Source of the DNA: Spirochaetia bacterium | GTDB lineage: Bacteria > Spirochaetota > Spirochaetia > SZUA-6 > Bin103 | DNA: 64,000 nt | Reading direction: 5' to 3' | Assembly (NCBI GenBank): GCA_965208575.1 | Contig: CBDBOV010000004.1 | Coordinates: 1,056,001 to 1,120,000, forward strand | Shown: positions 21,637 through 31,866 of the stretch, piece after piece | How the letters are laid out: each line of letters begins with the position of its first letter | How positions within the stretch are numbered: position 1 is the first letter of the stretch | Translations under genes and position numbers: made by a program | The notes under the pieces: model-generated | What the model saw: the letters and a program-made list of their open reading frames with translations, nothing else | What the model was told of the DNA's origin: nothing | Databases searched by the model: none

Positions 21637-21769
21637 TCCGGCGGTCGCACGCATGACGGCGTATCGTCGGGCCGCGGCGCAGCGCCCCGGCTCGCGGCGT
21701 TCGCCGGCGCTCGCCGGCCGGCGCGGTGGGTGAGCACCGGGGCGCCGGCGACGGCCGGACCGACCGTCG

Positions 21770-22315
21770 GTGACGGCGCCCGCAGCGGCCCTGGAGCGCC
21801 GGCAGCGGGCGCTGGCACTGCTGGCCGCGGCGGCGCTGTTCCTGGCCTCGGTCGAGTACGTCATTCCGAAACCGGTGCCGTTCCTGAAGCTGGGGCTGGC
21901 AAACCTGCCGGTCCTGGTCGCGCTGACGGTGATGGGGCCGCGCGACGTGCTCACCCTGGTGGCGCTGAAAGTGGTTGGCCAGGGCATTGTCCAGGGCACC
22001 CTGTTCTCCTACATCGTGCTGTTTTCCGCCGCCGGCTCGCTGGCGAGCGCGCTGGTCATGCTGCTGCTGTACCACGGTGCCGGCCGCTATATCTCGCTGG
22101 TGGGGGTGAGCATCATGGGCGCCCTGGCGAGCAACCTGGCGCAGGTCGCGGCGGCGCGCCTGATCATCTTCGGAGAGAGCGCGTGGCTGATCGCACCCGC
22201 TTTCCTGATTACCGGCACCGTCGCCGCGCTGCTGCTCGGACTGTTCGCCGAGCGGTTCGTGGCACGCTCGCGGTGGCTGCGGGAGTTCCGGCAGATGTGC
22301 GCGCCGGCGCCGTAA
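21770..22315 (+). CDS. Gx transporter / heptaprenyl diphosphate synthase component I family membrane protein
   Basis: EYVIPKPVPFLKLGLAN, GVSIMGA..SN..Q motifs. Confidence 0.8.
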   Translation: MTAPAAALERRQRALALLAAAALFLASVEYVIPKPVPFLKLGLANLPVLVALTVMGPRDVLTLVALKVVGQGIVQGTLFSYIVLFSAAGSLASALVMLLLYHGAGRYISLVGVSIMGALASNLAQVAAARLIIFGESAWLIAPAFLITGTVAALLLGLFAERFVARSRWLREFRQMCAPAP

Positions 22316-22339
22316 CGCGCGGGCGATCGAGCGGCGCGG

Positions 22340-23338
22340 CTACCAGCCCGCGGTGCCGAGCGGATCGGTCGGATCCAGGCTCCATTGCGCCTGCCCCATT
22401 ACCCACGCCGACCCGGTGAGGCGCGGCTGGATCGCCGCCAGCGGCCCCACGGCCGTTTCCGCCACGATGCGCCCGGTAAACTCGCCGCCGGCGATGCCCT
22501 CGTTGCGGAACGGCTCGCCCACCGCCAGCTCGCCGCGGGCATGCAGCATTGCCATGCGCCCGCAGGTGCCGGTGCCGCACGGCGAGCGGTCGTAGAAGGT
22601 GTCGCTTTCCACCACCACGTTGCACTGATCCGCCGCCGGGTCGGCGCGCGGCGCGCCGTAGAAAGACACCCCGATCAGCGCGCGCGCAACCTGGGGATGC
22701 AACGGGTGCTCCACCTCGGCGACGCTGTTGCGAGCCTCCTTGATGGCATTGCCGAGGCGCATCAGCTCCGCCAGGTTGGCAGCGTCGATCGGCTGTCCGA
22801 TGGCGGCGGCGTCCACGTAGAGGTACCAGTTGCCGCCGAACGCGACGTCGCCGCGCACCTCCCCCAGCCCCGGCACGTCGACGCTGACATCGCGCTCGAA
22901 CAGGAACGCGGGCACGCTGTCGAAGCTTACCGACGCGACGCGCCGCCCGTCCCAGCGCGCTTCGGCGGTGACCACGCCGGCGGGTGTCTCCAGGCGCACG
23001 GGCCGGTCGCGCGGCAGGCGCCCGCTCTGGCACAGCGCGGTTACCACGCCGATGGTGCCGTGGCCGCACATGTCGTCGTACCCCACCTGGCTGGCGAACA
23101 CCACCCCGACGTCGGCTACCTGCGACGGCACCACGTAGGCCGCGTACATCGCCAGGTGGCCGCGCGGCTCTCGGCACAGAAAGGTGCGCAGGTGGTCGTA
23201 TTCGCTGCGTGCGCAGGCGCGCTGCGCGGCGACACTGCCACCCGCAAACGAGGGCAGCCCGTCCAACACCACCCGCGTGGGGTGGCCGCAGGTGTGGGTC
23301 TCGATGGTCGCGAGGCAGGTAGTCGTCATCGGTGTCAT
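22340..23338 (-). CDS. Proline racemase / hydroxyproline 2-epimerase family protein
   Basis: HTCGHPTR, EPRGH, MCGHG and DRSPCGTG (both catalytic Cys present). Confidence 0.88.
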   Translation of the reverse strand: MTPMTTTCLATIETHTCGHPTRVVLDGLPSFAGGSVAAQRACARSEYDHLRTFLCREPRGHLAMYAAYVVPSQVADVGVVFASQVGYDDMCGHGTIGVVTALCQSGRLPRDRPVRLETPAGVVTAEARWDGRRVASVSFDSVPAFLFERDVSVDVPGLGEVRGDVAFGGNWYLYVDAAAIGQPIDAANLAELMRLGNAIKEARNSVAEVEHPLHPQVARALIGVSFYGAPRADPAADQCNVVVESDTFYDRSPCGTGTCGRMAMLHARGELAVGEPFRNEGIAGGEFTGRIVAETAVGPLAAIQPRLTGSAWVMGQAQWSLDPTDPLGTAGW

Positions 23339-23606
23339 GGGCGCGCGGACATTGTGGCGTGACCCGAGAGCGCTCGGCAACCGCGACGCACCGCGTTGTG
23401 GCGTCGTCGCGTTGTGGCGTCGTCGCGTCACCACGGCGCCGGGTGTGAACGCCGGCGCTCGGCTCGGGCACCGGCGCCGGCGCGCAGGGCGCCAACCTCT
23501 CGGTGCGTGCGCCCAACCCTGGGCCGGCGGTCCGCGCCCGGCGTTGCCGGCGGGTGCGCACGGCGGGAGCGCACTGCGTTCGGGCCGGCTCCGGCGCCGC
23601 GGCCGG

Positions 23607-24932
23607 TCAGCCGCCGACAGCGCGCTCGGCGGAACGCGGCGGGCGTGCGCTCAGCAGCAGCAGGGTGCTGAGCGCGCTCATCGCCAGCACGATGATCCAC
23701 GACACGCGGTAGGTTCCCGTGACATCGCGCAGGGCGCCGGCGATCGGTGCGCCCAACCCGCCGGCAAGCACCGTGATCGGCAGCACCACCCCGCGGATGG
23801 TGCCGACGAACCGCCAGCCGAAGTACTGCGCCCATATCACCCCCTGTACCACCATGTTGAACCCGATCGCGGCGCCGAACAGCATGACCGACGCGAACAG
23901 CACCGGCGGCCACGCTTCGCCGATGAGCATCAGCGACAGCGCCAGGCAGAACAGCGTGCCCGAAATCGCGCCGAGCAACCGCGCCGCCAGCCGCTCCACC
24001 ACGAATCCGCCGGCCAGCGCGGTCGCCATGGCGACCGTGGCGTCGACTCCGAACGCTACCGACACGGTGGCCGGGCTGAAGCCCAGCTCGACCCAGTGCG
24101 GAACGCGGTGCACGCTCGCCGCGCCGAGCATGAAGGCAAGGCTGGCGAAGGCCGCCGTGAGCTGCCACATGGCCGTGGTGCGGGAAGCCCCCGCCATGGT
24201 CCAGCGCGGATCGTCATCCGCCGGCGGCGCAGCGCGCGGCACCTGGCCCGAGGCGCCATCCATGCGCGGCGCGCGGCGGCGCGGCGGCCCGCCATCCGCG
24301 GCCAGGCCCAGGTCACCCGGTTGACGGCGCAGCAGCACGACCAGCGGAACCACGGCGGCCGACAGCCACGCCAGGGTCACCAGCGCCGACCGCCAGCCGT
24401 GGCGGTCGATCAGCGCCTGCGTCAACGGCAGCAGCAGCGCCCCGCCCACGCCCAGTCCCAGTTGCACGATCCCGGTGGCCCGGCCGCGCAGCCGCACGAA
24501 CCACTTGGACACCGGCACGGTGGCGATCAGGGCGCCGCCGCCTGGCGCCGTCCAGCCGCTCGCCCCCAGTGCCAGCAACACGCCGAACAGGACCGCCGGC
24601 GACTGCGCGCGCGACAGGATCAGCAGTCCGCCCACCGCGGCGACCGCCGCCACCAGCACGGGGCCGCGCGGCCCGTAACGGTCCAGCCAGCGGCCGATCA
24701 CGATGCCGCTCAACCCGCCCGCCCACATGCGCGCCGTCTGCGCCCAGCCGATCATCTGGCGCGACATGCCGAGCTCGTCGCTGATCGGTATCACGAACAG
24801 GCCGAAGTTGAGCGTGCCGCTCGCCTGGCCGAGCATGTTGAACACGAAGAATGCGCCGACCATGACCCAACCGTAGAAGATGCCCCGGCTCTCGCCGGGG
24901 CCGGCGGCGCTCGGCGCGCGGTTCAGTGGCAA
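23607..24932 (-). CDS. MFS transporter
   Basis: IFYGWVMV, GRWLDRYGPR, KWFVRLRGRATG, multiple TM helices; start approximate. Confidence 0.85.
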   Translation of the reverse strand: MPLNRAPSAAGPGESRGIFYGWVMVGAFFVFNMLGQASGTLNFGLFVIPISDELGMSRQMIGWAQTARMWAGGLSGIVIGRWLDRYGPRGPVLVAAVAAVGGLLILSRAQSPAVLFGVLLALGASGWTAPGGGALIATVPVSKWFVRLRGRATGIVQLGLGVGGALLLPLTQALIDRHGWRSALVTLAWLSAAVVPLVVLLRRQPGDLGLAADGGPPRRRAPRMDGASGQVPRAAPPADDDPRWTMAGASRTTAMWQLTAAFASLAFMLGAASVHRVPHWVELGFSPATVSVAFGVDATVAMATALAGGFVVERLAARLLGAISGTLFCLALSLMLIGEAWPPVLFASVMLFGAAIGFNMVVQGVIWAQYFGWRFVGTIRGVVLPITVLAGGLGAPIAGALRDVTGTYRVSWIIVLAMSALSTLLLLSARPPRSAERAVGG

Positions 24933-26212
24933 GCCGGTCTCGCCGCCGCTCGCCGCGAGCGCACCTCGGTGGAGGAGATGTCGCGCCGAAACAGTGCTTC
25001 CGGCAGTTCGCGGAACAGGCCGCGGTGTGCCGCCGGAATGCGCGGCGCGAGGTCGCGCAACGTGAGGTAGCGCTCGCCACTGCGGCGGCCGGCCACCAGC
25101 AGGCCGCACCCGCGCTCCGCCAGGTCCGCGAGCGCCGTGTCCAGGTTGTCGGCGGAGCCGCCGTAGAAGCGCTTGTCGACCAGGCGCTCCGCGGTATCCG
25201 CTCCGACCACGAACACGGCGCCGGGAAACAGCGCCGCCTTGTCGGCAAACAGCGCCGCGCGGCTCAGCACCACCGGCGCGCGTGCCGCGAACTGCGCCGC
25301 GCGGTGCTGCGCCTCGGACAGCGAGATCGGCGCCTTGTCGGCGTTCACCAGCGGCAGTTCGTACACCACCTGCCGGCCGAGGAACGAAGCTGCCGCCTTA
25401 CCCAGCGCCAGGTGGCCGCCGTGCAGCGGATAGTACGCGCCCGACAGCAGCGCCTTGCCGCGCCAGTCGCCCGGCGCCGGCGCCACTTGCGCCGCGGCGT
25501 TCAGCATCACCCAGTCGCGGCTTCCGGACTCGAGGGCGGCGAATGGCTCGGAAGGGTGAAACTCGCGGCGCACGTCCGCTCCCGATGCGGCGGCAAACTG
25601 CTCGGCCACGCCACCGGTATCGACACCGCACGCTGACGCCAGTTCCGCCACCAGCATTGCGCTGGCCGCGGCCTCCTGCTGCTGCCTGACCGCCGCCTGG
25701 CGGCTCGCCGCGGCGCAGTCGGCCGGATCAGGCGCACCGACCGGTCCCTGCCGCTCGGCCGAACCGACCGGTTCGTTCCTTCCACTCGCATCGGCCGCCG
25801 CCGCGAACGTCAGCTTGCTGACCGAGGTGCCAAACGCATCGGCGACCGCCACGTAGGCACGGTCGGCGCCGCGCCTCCGCCGGTCGGTCGCGAGCGCCGC
25901 GGTGCAGGCGGCTCCGAGCACCGGCGTTTCCGCACCGGCAAGTCCACGGGCCCGGACCAGCGCCGCTGCCGCCATGGCGCTGGCGGCGGCGCCGCTGACC
26001 ACTGACGCCGGCACCGCGCCGAGCAGGTCGGCCAGCGACGCGCGGCAGTACCGGTCGGTGGCCTCCAGCACCGTGCGCGAGGAACCCGGCACGGCGTGCA
26101 GCCAACTCAACGCGAGCGTACCGCCGGCCACCTCGATCACCGCCTGGTGCGGCGTCGCATGCAGCCGGCGCACCAGGTCCGCGACCGCGTCCAGGTACGC
26201 ATCCCGGTTCAA
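24923..26212 (-). CDS. CinA-like domain fused to a NadD-like nucleotidyltransferase
   Basis: N-terminal PGSSRTVLEA..TAALATDR; C-terminal PLHGGH (HxGH), VVGADT, DISSTEVR. Confidence 0.65.
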   Translation of the reverse strand: MNRDAYLDAVADLVRRLHATPHQAVIEVAGGTLALSWLHAVPGSSRTVLEATDRYCRASLADLLGAVPASVVSGAAASAMAAAALVRARGLAGAETPVLGAACTAALATDRRRRGADRAYVAVADAFGTSVSKLTFAAAADASGRNEPVGSAERQGPVGAPDPADCAAASRQAAVRQQQEAAASAMLVAELASACGVDTGGVAEQFAAASGADVRREFHPSEPFAALESGSRDWVMLNAAAQVAPAPGDWRGKALLSGAYYPLHGGHLALGKAAASFLGRQVVYELPLVNADKAPISLSEAQHRAAQFAARAPVVLSRAALFADKAALFPGAVFVVGADTAERLVDKRFYGGSADNLDTALADLAERGCGLLVAGRRSGERYLTLRDLAPRIPAAHRGLFRELPEALFRRDISSTEVRSRRAAARPACH

Positions 26213-26242
26213 GAGGCGGCTCAGCGTGAGTCCGGCAGGTTC

Positions 26243-27142
26243 TCAGGCGGCCGGCGCACCGGCCGCGGCGGCTGCATCCGCATCGGCCGGATGCGCGTCG
26301 AGCCAGTCGCGCAGCGGCACGTCGCCCGGCTTCGGCGAGGTGTAGCCGTGGCCGCCGCTCGGGCTCGTGCCGAGCAACTGCCGCCGGATCGGGTCGCTGT
26401 GTTCCAGGTAGTGCTCCACGGTCATGTCGTCGCGCGGGCGCAGCCAGCGGTAGCTGTATCCGTAGAACAGCACCTTGCGCGGGAAGTCGGCGTAATTCTC
26501 GGTGCCGGTGTGCCAGATGCGCCGGTCGAACAGCACGATGCCGCCGCGCGGCACCAGCACCTCGGTGGCGCCGGGCGGATCGACGTCGCGGTGCTCGCGG
26601 TCCACCAGCGCATCCGTAAGGTGGCTGCCCGGCACGGCGCCGAAGTTGCCGCGCCCCTTCACGCTGCAATCGGTCAGGAAAAACGCCACCTTCAGCGACA
26701 CGCGCGGGCGCGGGTGCGACTCCAGCTCCGCGTTGAGCCGGTCGCTGTCCTGGTGCCAGCCGCGGGTCCCCGGCGGCGCTCCCTGCCCGGCCCCCGGACT
26801 CACCATCATGTGGGTGTGGTAGATCTGGATGTTCCAACCCAGAATATCCACCACCTTCGGAAAGCTGGCCGGCCAGTCGACCAGGTCCAGGAACCGGTCG
26901 TCCTTGCCGAGGAAGTCGAACATGTTGATCTTGTCCAGCTCGGTAACCCCGCGCGCGGCGCGCTCGCCGGCCCACACCGTGTCGAACGCCTCCTCCAGGC
27001 CGTCGGTCACCGCGTCCGGGAGCACCTCGTCGAGAATCATGTAGCCGTCGCGTCCGAACGCCTCGCCCTCGGCAGGGGTCAGACGATAGTCGAGCCAAGT
27101 GCCGCTCGCGGCTCGTTGGTTGAGCGAAACTGCTTCAGTCAT
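26243..27142 (-). CDS. PhyH-family Fe(II)/2-oxoglutarate dioxygenase
   Basis: DGY, WHQD (HxD), PGSH, WH..distal His, Arg. Confidence 0.85.
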   Translation of the reverse strand: MTEAVSLNQRAASGTWLDYRLTPAEGEAFGRDGYMILDEVLPDAVTDGLEEAFDTVWAGERAARGVTELDKINMFDFLGKDDRFLDLVDWPASFPKVVDILGWNIQIYHTHMMVSPGAGQGAPPGTRGWHQDSDRLNAELESHPRPRVSLKVAFFLTDCSVKGRGNFGAVPGSHLTDALVDREHRDVDPPGATEVLVPRGGIVLFDRRIWHTGTENYADFPRKVLFYGYSYRWLRPRDDMTVEHYLEHSDPIRRQLLGTSPSGGHGYTSPKPGDVPLRDWLDAHPADADAAAAAGAPAA

Positions 27143-27152
27143 GGCCACCTCC

Positions 27153-28076
27153 TCAGCCAAGCGCCCGGTCGAACAGGTTGCGCGTATCCAGACCCGTGTT
27201 GGCCGCTTCGCCGTACGCGTGGCGGAACAGCGACCGGCGCTTCCGGGGCATCGCGTCGAGCAACTCGCGCGGCGGCTCCCACCAGTGAAAGCGGCTGCCA
27301 ATGCCGTTGTACTGGTTGAAGATCGCCAGGCGCGGCACCTCCGGGTTGGTCCACGGACGCGCGCTGTGGGTGGTCGCCTCGCTGAAGAAGATCACCGAGC
27401 CGGCCGGACAGGAGTAGGTGCTCCACAGCGGCGAGTGCTGGTCGTAGATCGACGGCGGCAGCGTGTACGCCGCCTTGTGGCTGCCGGACACGAACAGCGT
27501 GCCGCCGTCCTGCTCCTGCACCGGATTGAGTTCCCAGACGCAGCGCGTCAGCCCCGAGTACGCCTTGCCGGGAATGGCGCGGTACTCGTGCGAGTTGCCG
27601 GGCAGCCGCCACACGCCGTTGCCGTTGTGCGGGCCGAACGTGCCCTGCCCCACGCCGCGGTAGAACAGGAAGCTGGTCTCGAACCGAAACCCGTAGTGAT
27701 CGTCCCCGTCGAGCCGGTGGTAGGCCAGGAACTCGTTGCAGAATCCGACCACCACCGGGTGATCGAGCAGCTTCTCGAGCGGGCCGGCGATCGGGGTGCG
27801 CCGGTGTTCCGGCAGCGACTCGGGCCGATCCTTGAGCCGATGGCAGAAGGCCCGCATCTCCTCCAGCTCCGCCTCGTCGAGCAGGCCGGGGATGCACAGC
27901 CAGCCCTGGGTGTCGAAGGTGAACTTCTGCTCCTCGGTGAGGGGAATGACCGGCGCACCGTCGGCATTGGTGGCGCTCAACTGCCGCGACTCCGGGCGCA
28001 GATTGCCGAAGTTGTCCCAATTGTCGTCGAACACGAATGGCGCCGTGCCATCGGCCGTGAAGGTGGACTGTCCCAT
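27153..28076 (-). CDS. PhyH-family Fe(II)/2OG enzyme with HxG motif
   Basis: EEQKFTFDTQGW, PHNG, GSHK, EATTHS, PR. Confidence 0.8.
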   Translation of the reverse strand: MGQSTFTADGTAPFVFDDNWDNFGNLRPESRQLSATNADGAPVIPLTEEQKFTFDTQGWLCIPGLLDEAELEEMRAFCHRLKDRPESLPEHRRTPIAGPLEKLLDHPVVVGFCNEFLAYHRLDGDDHYGFRFETSFLFYRGVGQGTFGPHNGNGVWRLPGNSHEYRAIPGKAYSGLTRCVWELNPVQEQDGGTLFVSGSHKAAYTLPPSIYDQHSPLWSTYSCPAGSVIFFSEATTHSARPWTNPEVPRLAIFNQYNGIGSRFHWWEPPRELLDAMPRKRRSLFRHAYGEAANTGLDTRNLFDRALG

Positions 28077-28495
28077 GACGCCTCATTCTGCGCCGCCCGG
28101 CCCGCACTAGCAAGTACTCCCACGCCGCCGTACGGGCTGCAACACCGGGTGGTCAGCAGAAGGCCGGCTTCCTTGCCAGCCGCCGCCGGCGAGGGCGCCT
28201 ATTGCCTCACGTAAAAATCTAACCTTACGGTGAGCGTGCCTCACGTAAGAATCTAACCGAAAGGGAGGCGGAGAACGAGGGGGGAGCGCGAGGGGGGAGA
28301 CTCATAAATTGTGGATAAGTGGATAGGCTGCTGGGCGACCGGCCGGGTTGATTCAAGCACACCAACGCGACCGGGGGCGTATCTGGTTGGTCGGCGCGGA
28401 TGAGGAGGCGTCAACGGCAGGGAGGTGGTCGGTGCCGTGTCGTGTCGCTGACCGAAGAGGGGGCGGACGGGTCTGGAGGCGACTTCGGTGCTGGT

Positions 28496-28630
28496 GACAC
28501 GGGGATGTCCAGACACCACCTCGTGTCGCGGAGAGGCCTTACAGCGCGGCTGAGGCGACATTTCTTGACGCCGACCGTCTGGCTCACGGATATACGGGCG
28601 TCAGAGACGCTCAGAAGTCATTTGCCGAGC
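28496..28630. repeat. Diverged direct repeat, copy 1 (copy 2 at 30468-30605)
   Basis: GACACGGGG..TCCAGACACCACCTCGTGTCG..GGCCTTACAGCGCGGCTGAGGCGAC..GACCG..CGTCAGA..GTCATTT in both copies. Confidence 0.85.
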
Positions 28631-28869
28631 CGGGTGATGCCGCCCACGCCGCGAGCGGCGCGCAGGTTGCTGCGGAGCGCACGGAGCGAGGCGCCCCGGA
28701 CAACTGCACCGAGGTGCGTTGCCCGGGGCAGGGTCATGACAATTCCCCACCGCCGGGACGGGGTAGGCGACGAGGTTGCGACACCGGAGCCGTCGGGATC
28801 GAACGGGGCGGAGGAGATGCTGTACCCCGCTGACGGACGGAGGGCGTAGCCCGACCGGAGTCAGCCGGC

Positions 28870-30449
28870 GCGGTGCCGTGGAGGCCACCGTGGACGACGC
28901 CGAGATGGCGGACCAGGCAGCCAAGCTGCTCGCTTCCGGGATGAGCGGCTCAGCCTGCGCTCGCGAACTCGGCATCCCGGTGAGCACCTTCAACGAGAAC
29001 CGCCGCGCCGGCGTCATCACAGATCCCACCCGGGAGCCCGCCGCCAGCGCCGAGGTTGCGCCGGCGGCCACCACCACTGATCACCCGGTCAGCACCGCCG
29101 CCGCGGTCAGCGACCCGGCGGTCGCCACTGAGCGCGCCAGCCGCGACGCCCGCGACAAGCACGCGCCCATGGGCCGCGCGGCGCGCGACGTGGAACGCCG
29201 CACGCTCGCCAGAGCCGGCCTGCTGACCGAGGCCACACCAGCGTTCGTCGAGCCCGCCCACGCGGTCGCTGGCGGCGGCGTGCTGGCCGCACTGGCGATG
29301 CTGCTGCGCGAGGGCCTGCTCACCGCCGCCAACCGCCTGTTCCGCCTGCCGGCCGGATTCTACGGCCTGACCACCATCCTCCTGTTCGTCGCCTGCATGA
29401 CCCTGGCCCGGGTGCGCAACCCCGAGAGCCTGCGCTACCAGGCACCCGGCGAGTGGGGCGCCATCCTCGGCCTCGACCGCTGTCCGGAGACCAAGACGCT
29501 GCGCCGCAAGATCAGGCTGCTGGCCAGCGCCGAGCACACCGTGCGCGATTGGCAATCGGTACTGGCGCGTACCTGGGCCAGCGAGCACGACGACGACTGG
29601 ACGACGCTGGCCGTGGATGGCCACGTGAAGGTGTACACCGGGCGCAACGGGCGGTTGCCGAAACACTTCGTCGCACGCCAGAAGCTGTGTCTGCCGGCGT
29701 CGGTGAGCTACTGGATCAACGCCCTCGGCGGCGCACCGCTGCTGTGCCTGCACAAGGCGCTGGACCCGAAGCCGGTGAATGCGATCAAGCACGACGTGGT
29801 GCCGCAGTTGCAGCACCTGGGGGTGGTGACCGAAGCGGCCCCCGACCTGACCGGAGCACCGGCCGGTACCCCGCAGCTGACCCTGGTGTTCGACCGCGAG
29901 GGCTGGAGCCCGGACCTGTTCAAGCGCCTGGCCCGGCGTGGCATCGCCTGCATCACCTGGCACAAGAACTTCAACGGCGCGGACTGGCTGCCGGAAGACT
30001 TCCACACCTTCGAGGTACCGATCCATGGTCCCGCCGGCACCAGCACGACTGCGGTTGATCTGGCCGAGCAGCCGATCATGCTGCGCAACGGGCTGGTGGT
30101 GCGCCAGATCCGGCGGCGTCTGGCCAACGGTCGTCAGGTGGCGGTGATCACCACGCACCCGCAGATGCCGTTGGCGCAGGTCGCCGGCGCCATGTTCTCG
30201 CGCTGGTCGCAGGAGAACTTCTTCAAGTACCTGCGCGAGCAGTTCAACCTTGACGCGCTGCCGAGCCATGACCTTGCGCCGCCGGAGCCCGACGCACGGG
30301 TCGTGAACCGGTGCGCCGGGCCCTGGAAAAGAGCATCAGGCGGGTACGCAGCCGGCTGGCAGCGGTCCGCAATCGCCTCGCCGAGGCACTGCAGGGACGG
30401 CACCGGGACTCCGCCACCCGGCTTACGGTCGCGGATAAAGTTGCACTGA
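28870..30449 (+). pseudogene. Truncated unclassified transposase (HTH + DDE-like; Transposase_29-like)
   Basis: GGVLAAL..LL..GLL, GEWGAILGLDRCPE.KTLRRK, VDGHVKVY, VFDREG, MFSRWSQENFFKY; frameshift near 30308 and abrupt end near 30440. Confidence 0.7.
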
Positions 30450-30467
30450 ATTGCATGGTTATGCATA

Positions 30468-30605
30468 GACACGGGGGTATCCAGACACCACCTCGTGTCG
30501 TGGAGGGGCCTTACAGCGCGGCTGAGGCGACGTTTTCTCATCGCTGACCGCCCATTCTCCGATTATCGACCGTCAGACCCGCCTGAGAGGGTCATTTTGC
30601 CGTGC
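30468..30605. repeat. Diverged direct repeat, copy 2, spanning the transposase stop codon and downstream region
   Basis: Aligns with 28496-28630. Confidence 0.85.
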
Positions 30606-31866
30606 GACCGCTGCCACCACGCTCCTCGCTCGGTGTTTGCACCGTGCTTGGTGCGGCCTTGGCGGTCTTGCTGACGTTCAGCTGCAGCAGATCCTCGGTC
30701 AACCTGGTCAGCTCGCGCTTGAGGGCGACCGGATTCAACGTCGCGTACTGCTGCTTGAGGCGGTTCTTCACCTTCTCGCTCACCGACTCGGAGGCCAGCA
30801 TGCGGTGATACGGCGTCTGCGGGTCGTCATAGATGCGGCGCACCTTGCTGCCGGTGCGGGTTTTCTTCACCAGCTTCACCGAGGGATAGAAGAAGTTCAC
30901 CAGCAGGCACAGCGGGCGGTATATCGCGTTGAGGGCAGCCAGTTCCCGGTCGGTGTCGTAACGCAGGTGGCCGACCGCCCGTCGCACCACGTGGCCATTC
31001 TTCTGCTCGACGTAGCAGGTGTCGTTCTTGCGATGCGGGCGACCCCGAGTGAACGTGATGCCGTGCGCTTCGCAATAGCGCAGCAAATGATGATTGATGA
31101 ACTCGCTGCCGTTGTCGGTGTCGATCCCCCGCATCACGATCGGCAGGCTCTGCCGGGCAGCGTCGATCGCCTCGTGGGTCCAGCGCTGCGCCTTGTTCTG
31201 CACGCCGTACAGGTCGACCCAGCCGGTGTCAACGTCGGTGATGGTGAGCGTGTGGCAGAAGTCGCCTGACGCGTTGCCGCCTTCATGGCCCACCAAGTCG
31301 ATCTCGAAGAAGCCCGGCTCCTGCTCGTCCCAGTCAGCGAAGGTTCGGATCGCGATCTGATCCTTCAGGAGGGTGCCCGGCTTGGTGTGCGTGCGACCCT
31401 TCAGGCGCAGCCGTGCGCGCTCCTGCTGCAGCAGCCGGTCGATGGTCGCGGCGCTGATGGTCTGCAGCTTGCCGCGCACCGCTGCGGTCAGCTCGATCTC
31501 GCCGAACGACTCCAGCGTCGGCAGCATGGTGCGCAGCACGACCACCAGGCGCTTGCCGCACATGCAGTCGAACACGTACCAGATCAGCTTCAGAGCGACC
31601 AGCACCTCCTGGTCGTAGCGCCGCGGTCGCACGCGGCGCTGGGCAGGCCGCGGACGCCCGACCACCAGCTTCACCAGTGTGCCGTCGACTCGCACCATGC
31701 GGGTCCGTCCCCACCAGGTCAACAGATGGATCGCGTACTTGCGCTGGTACCCGGTCGACTCGACGAACTCGTCGAGTATGCGCCCCTTCTCCTTCTTGCC
31801 CGCCCGACGATACCGCTGCGCGTGCTGCTCGGTGAGCTCTCGCCTTGAACTCATCTTCAACCCCAT
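30592..31866 (-). CDS. DDE (rve-type) transposase, ISNCY/IS481-like
   Basis: RYRRAGKKEKGRILDEF..TGYQRKYAI, EIDLVGHEG, DTDNGSEF, KNDTCYVEQKN, YDDPQTPY. Confidence 0.88.
   Translation of the reverse strand: MGLKMSSRRELTEQHAQRYRRAGKKEKGRILDEFVESTGYQRKYAIHLLTWWGRTRMVRVDGTLVKLVVGRPRPAQRRVRPRRYDQEVLVALKLIWYVFDCMCGKRLVVVLRTMLPTLESFGEIELTAAVRGKLQTISAATIDRLLQQERARLRLKGRTHTKPGTLLKDQIAIRTFADWDEQEPGFFEIDLVGHEGGNASGDFCHTLTITDVDTGWVDLYGVQNKAQRWTHEAIDAARQSLPIVMRGIDTDNGSEFINHHLLRYCEAHGITFTRGRPHRKNDTCYVEQKNGHVVRRAVGHLRYDTDRELAALNAIYRPLCLLVNFFYPSVKLVKKTRTGSKVRRIYDDPQTPYHRMLASESVSEKVKNRLKQQYATLNPVALKRELTRLTEDLLQLNVSKTAKAAPSTVQTPSEERGGSGRTAK

Noticed and set aside
28201-28260. Short repeats at the IS ends considered as a CRISPR mini-array
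   Set aside because: Only two copies per end, inverted between ends, and no cas genes; they fit transposase-binding sites
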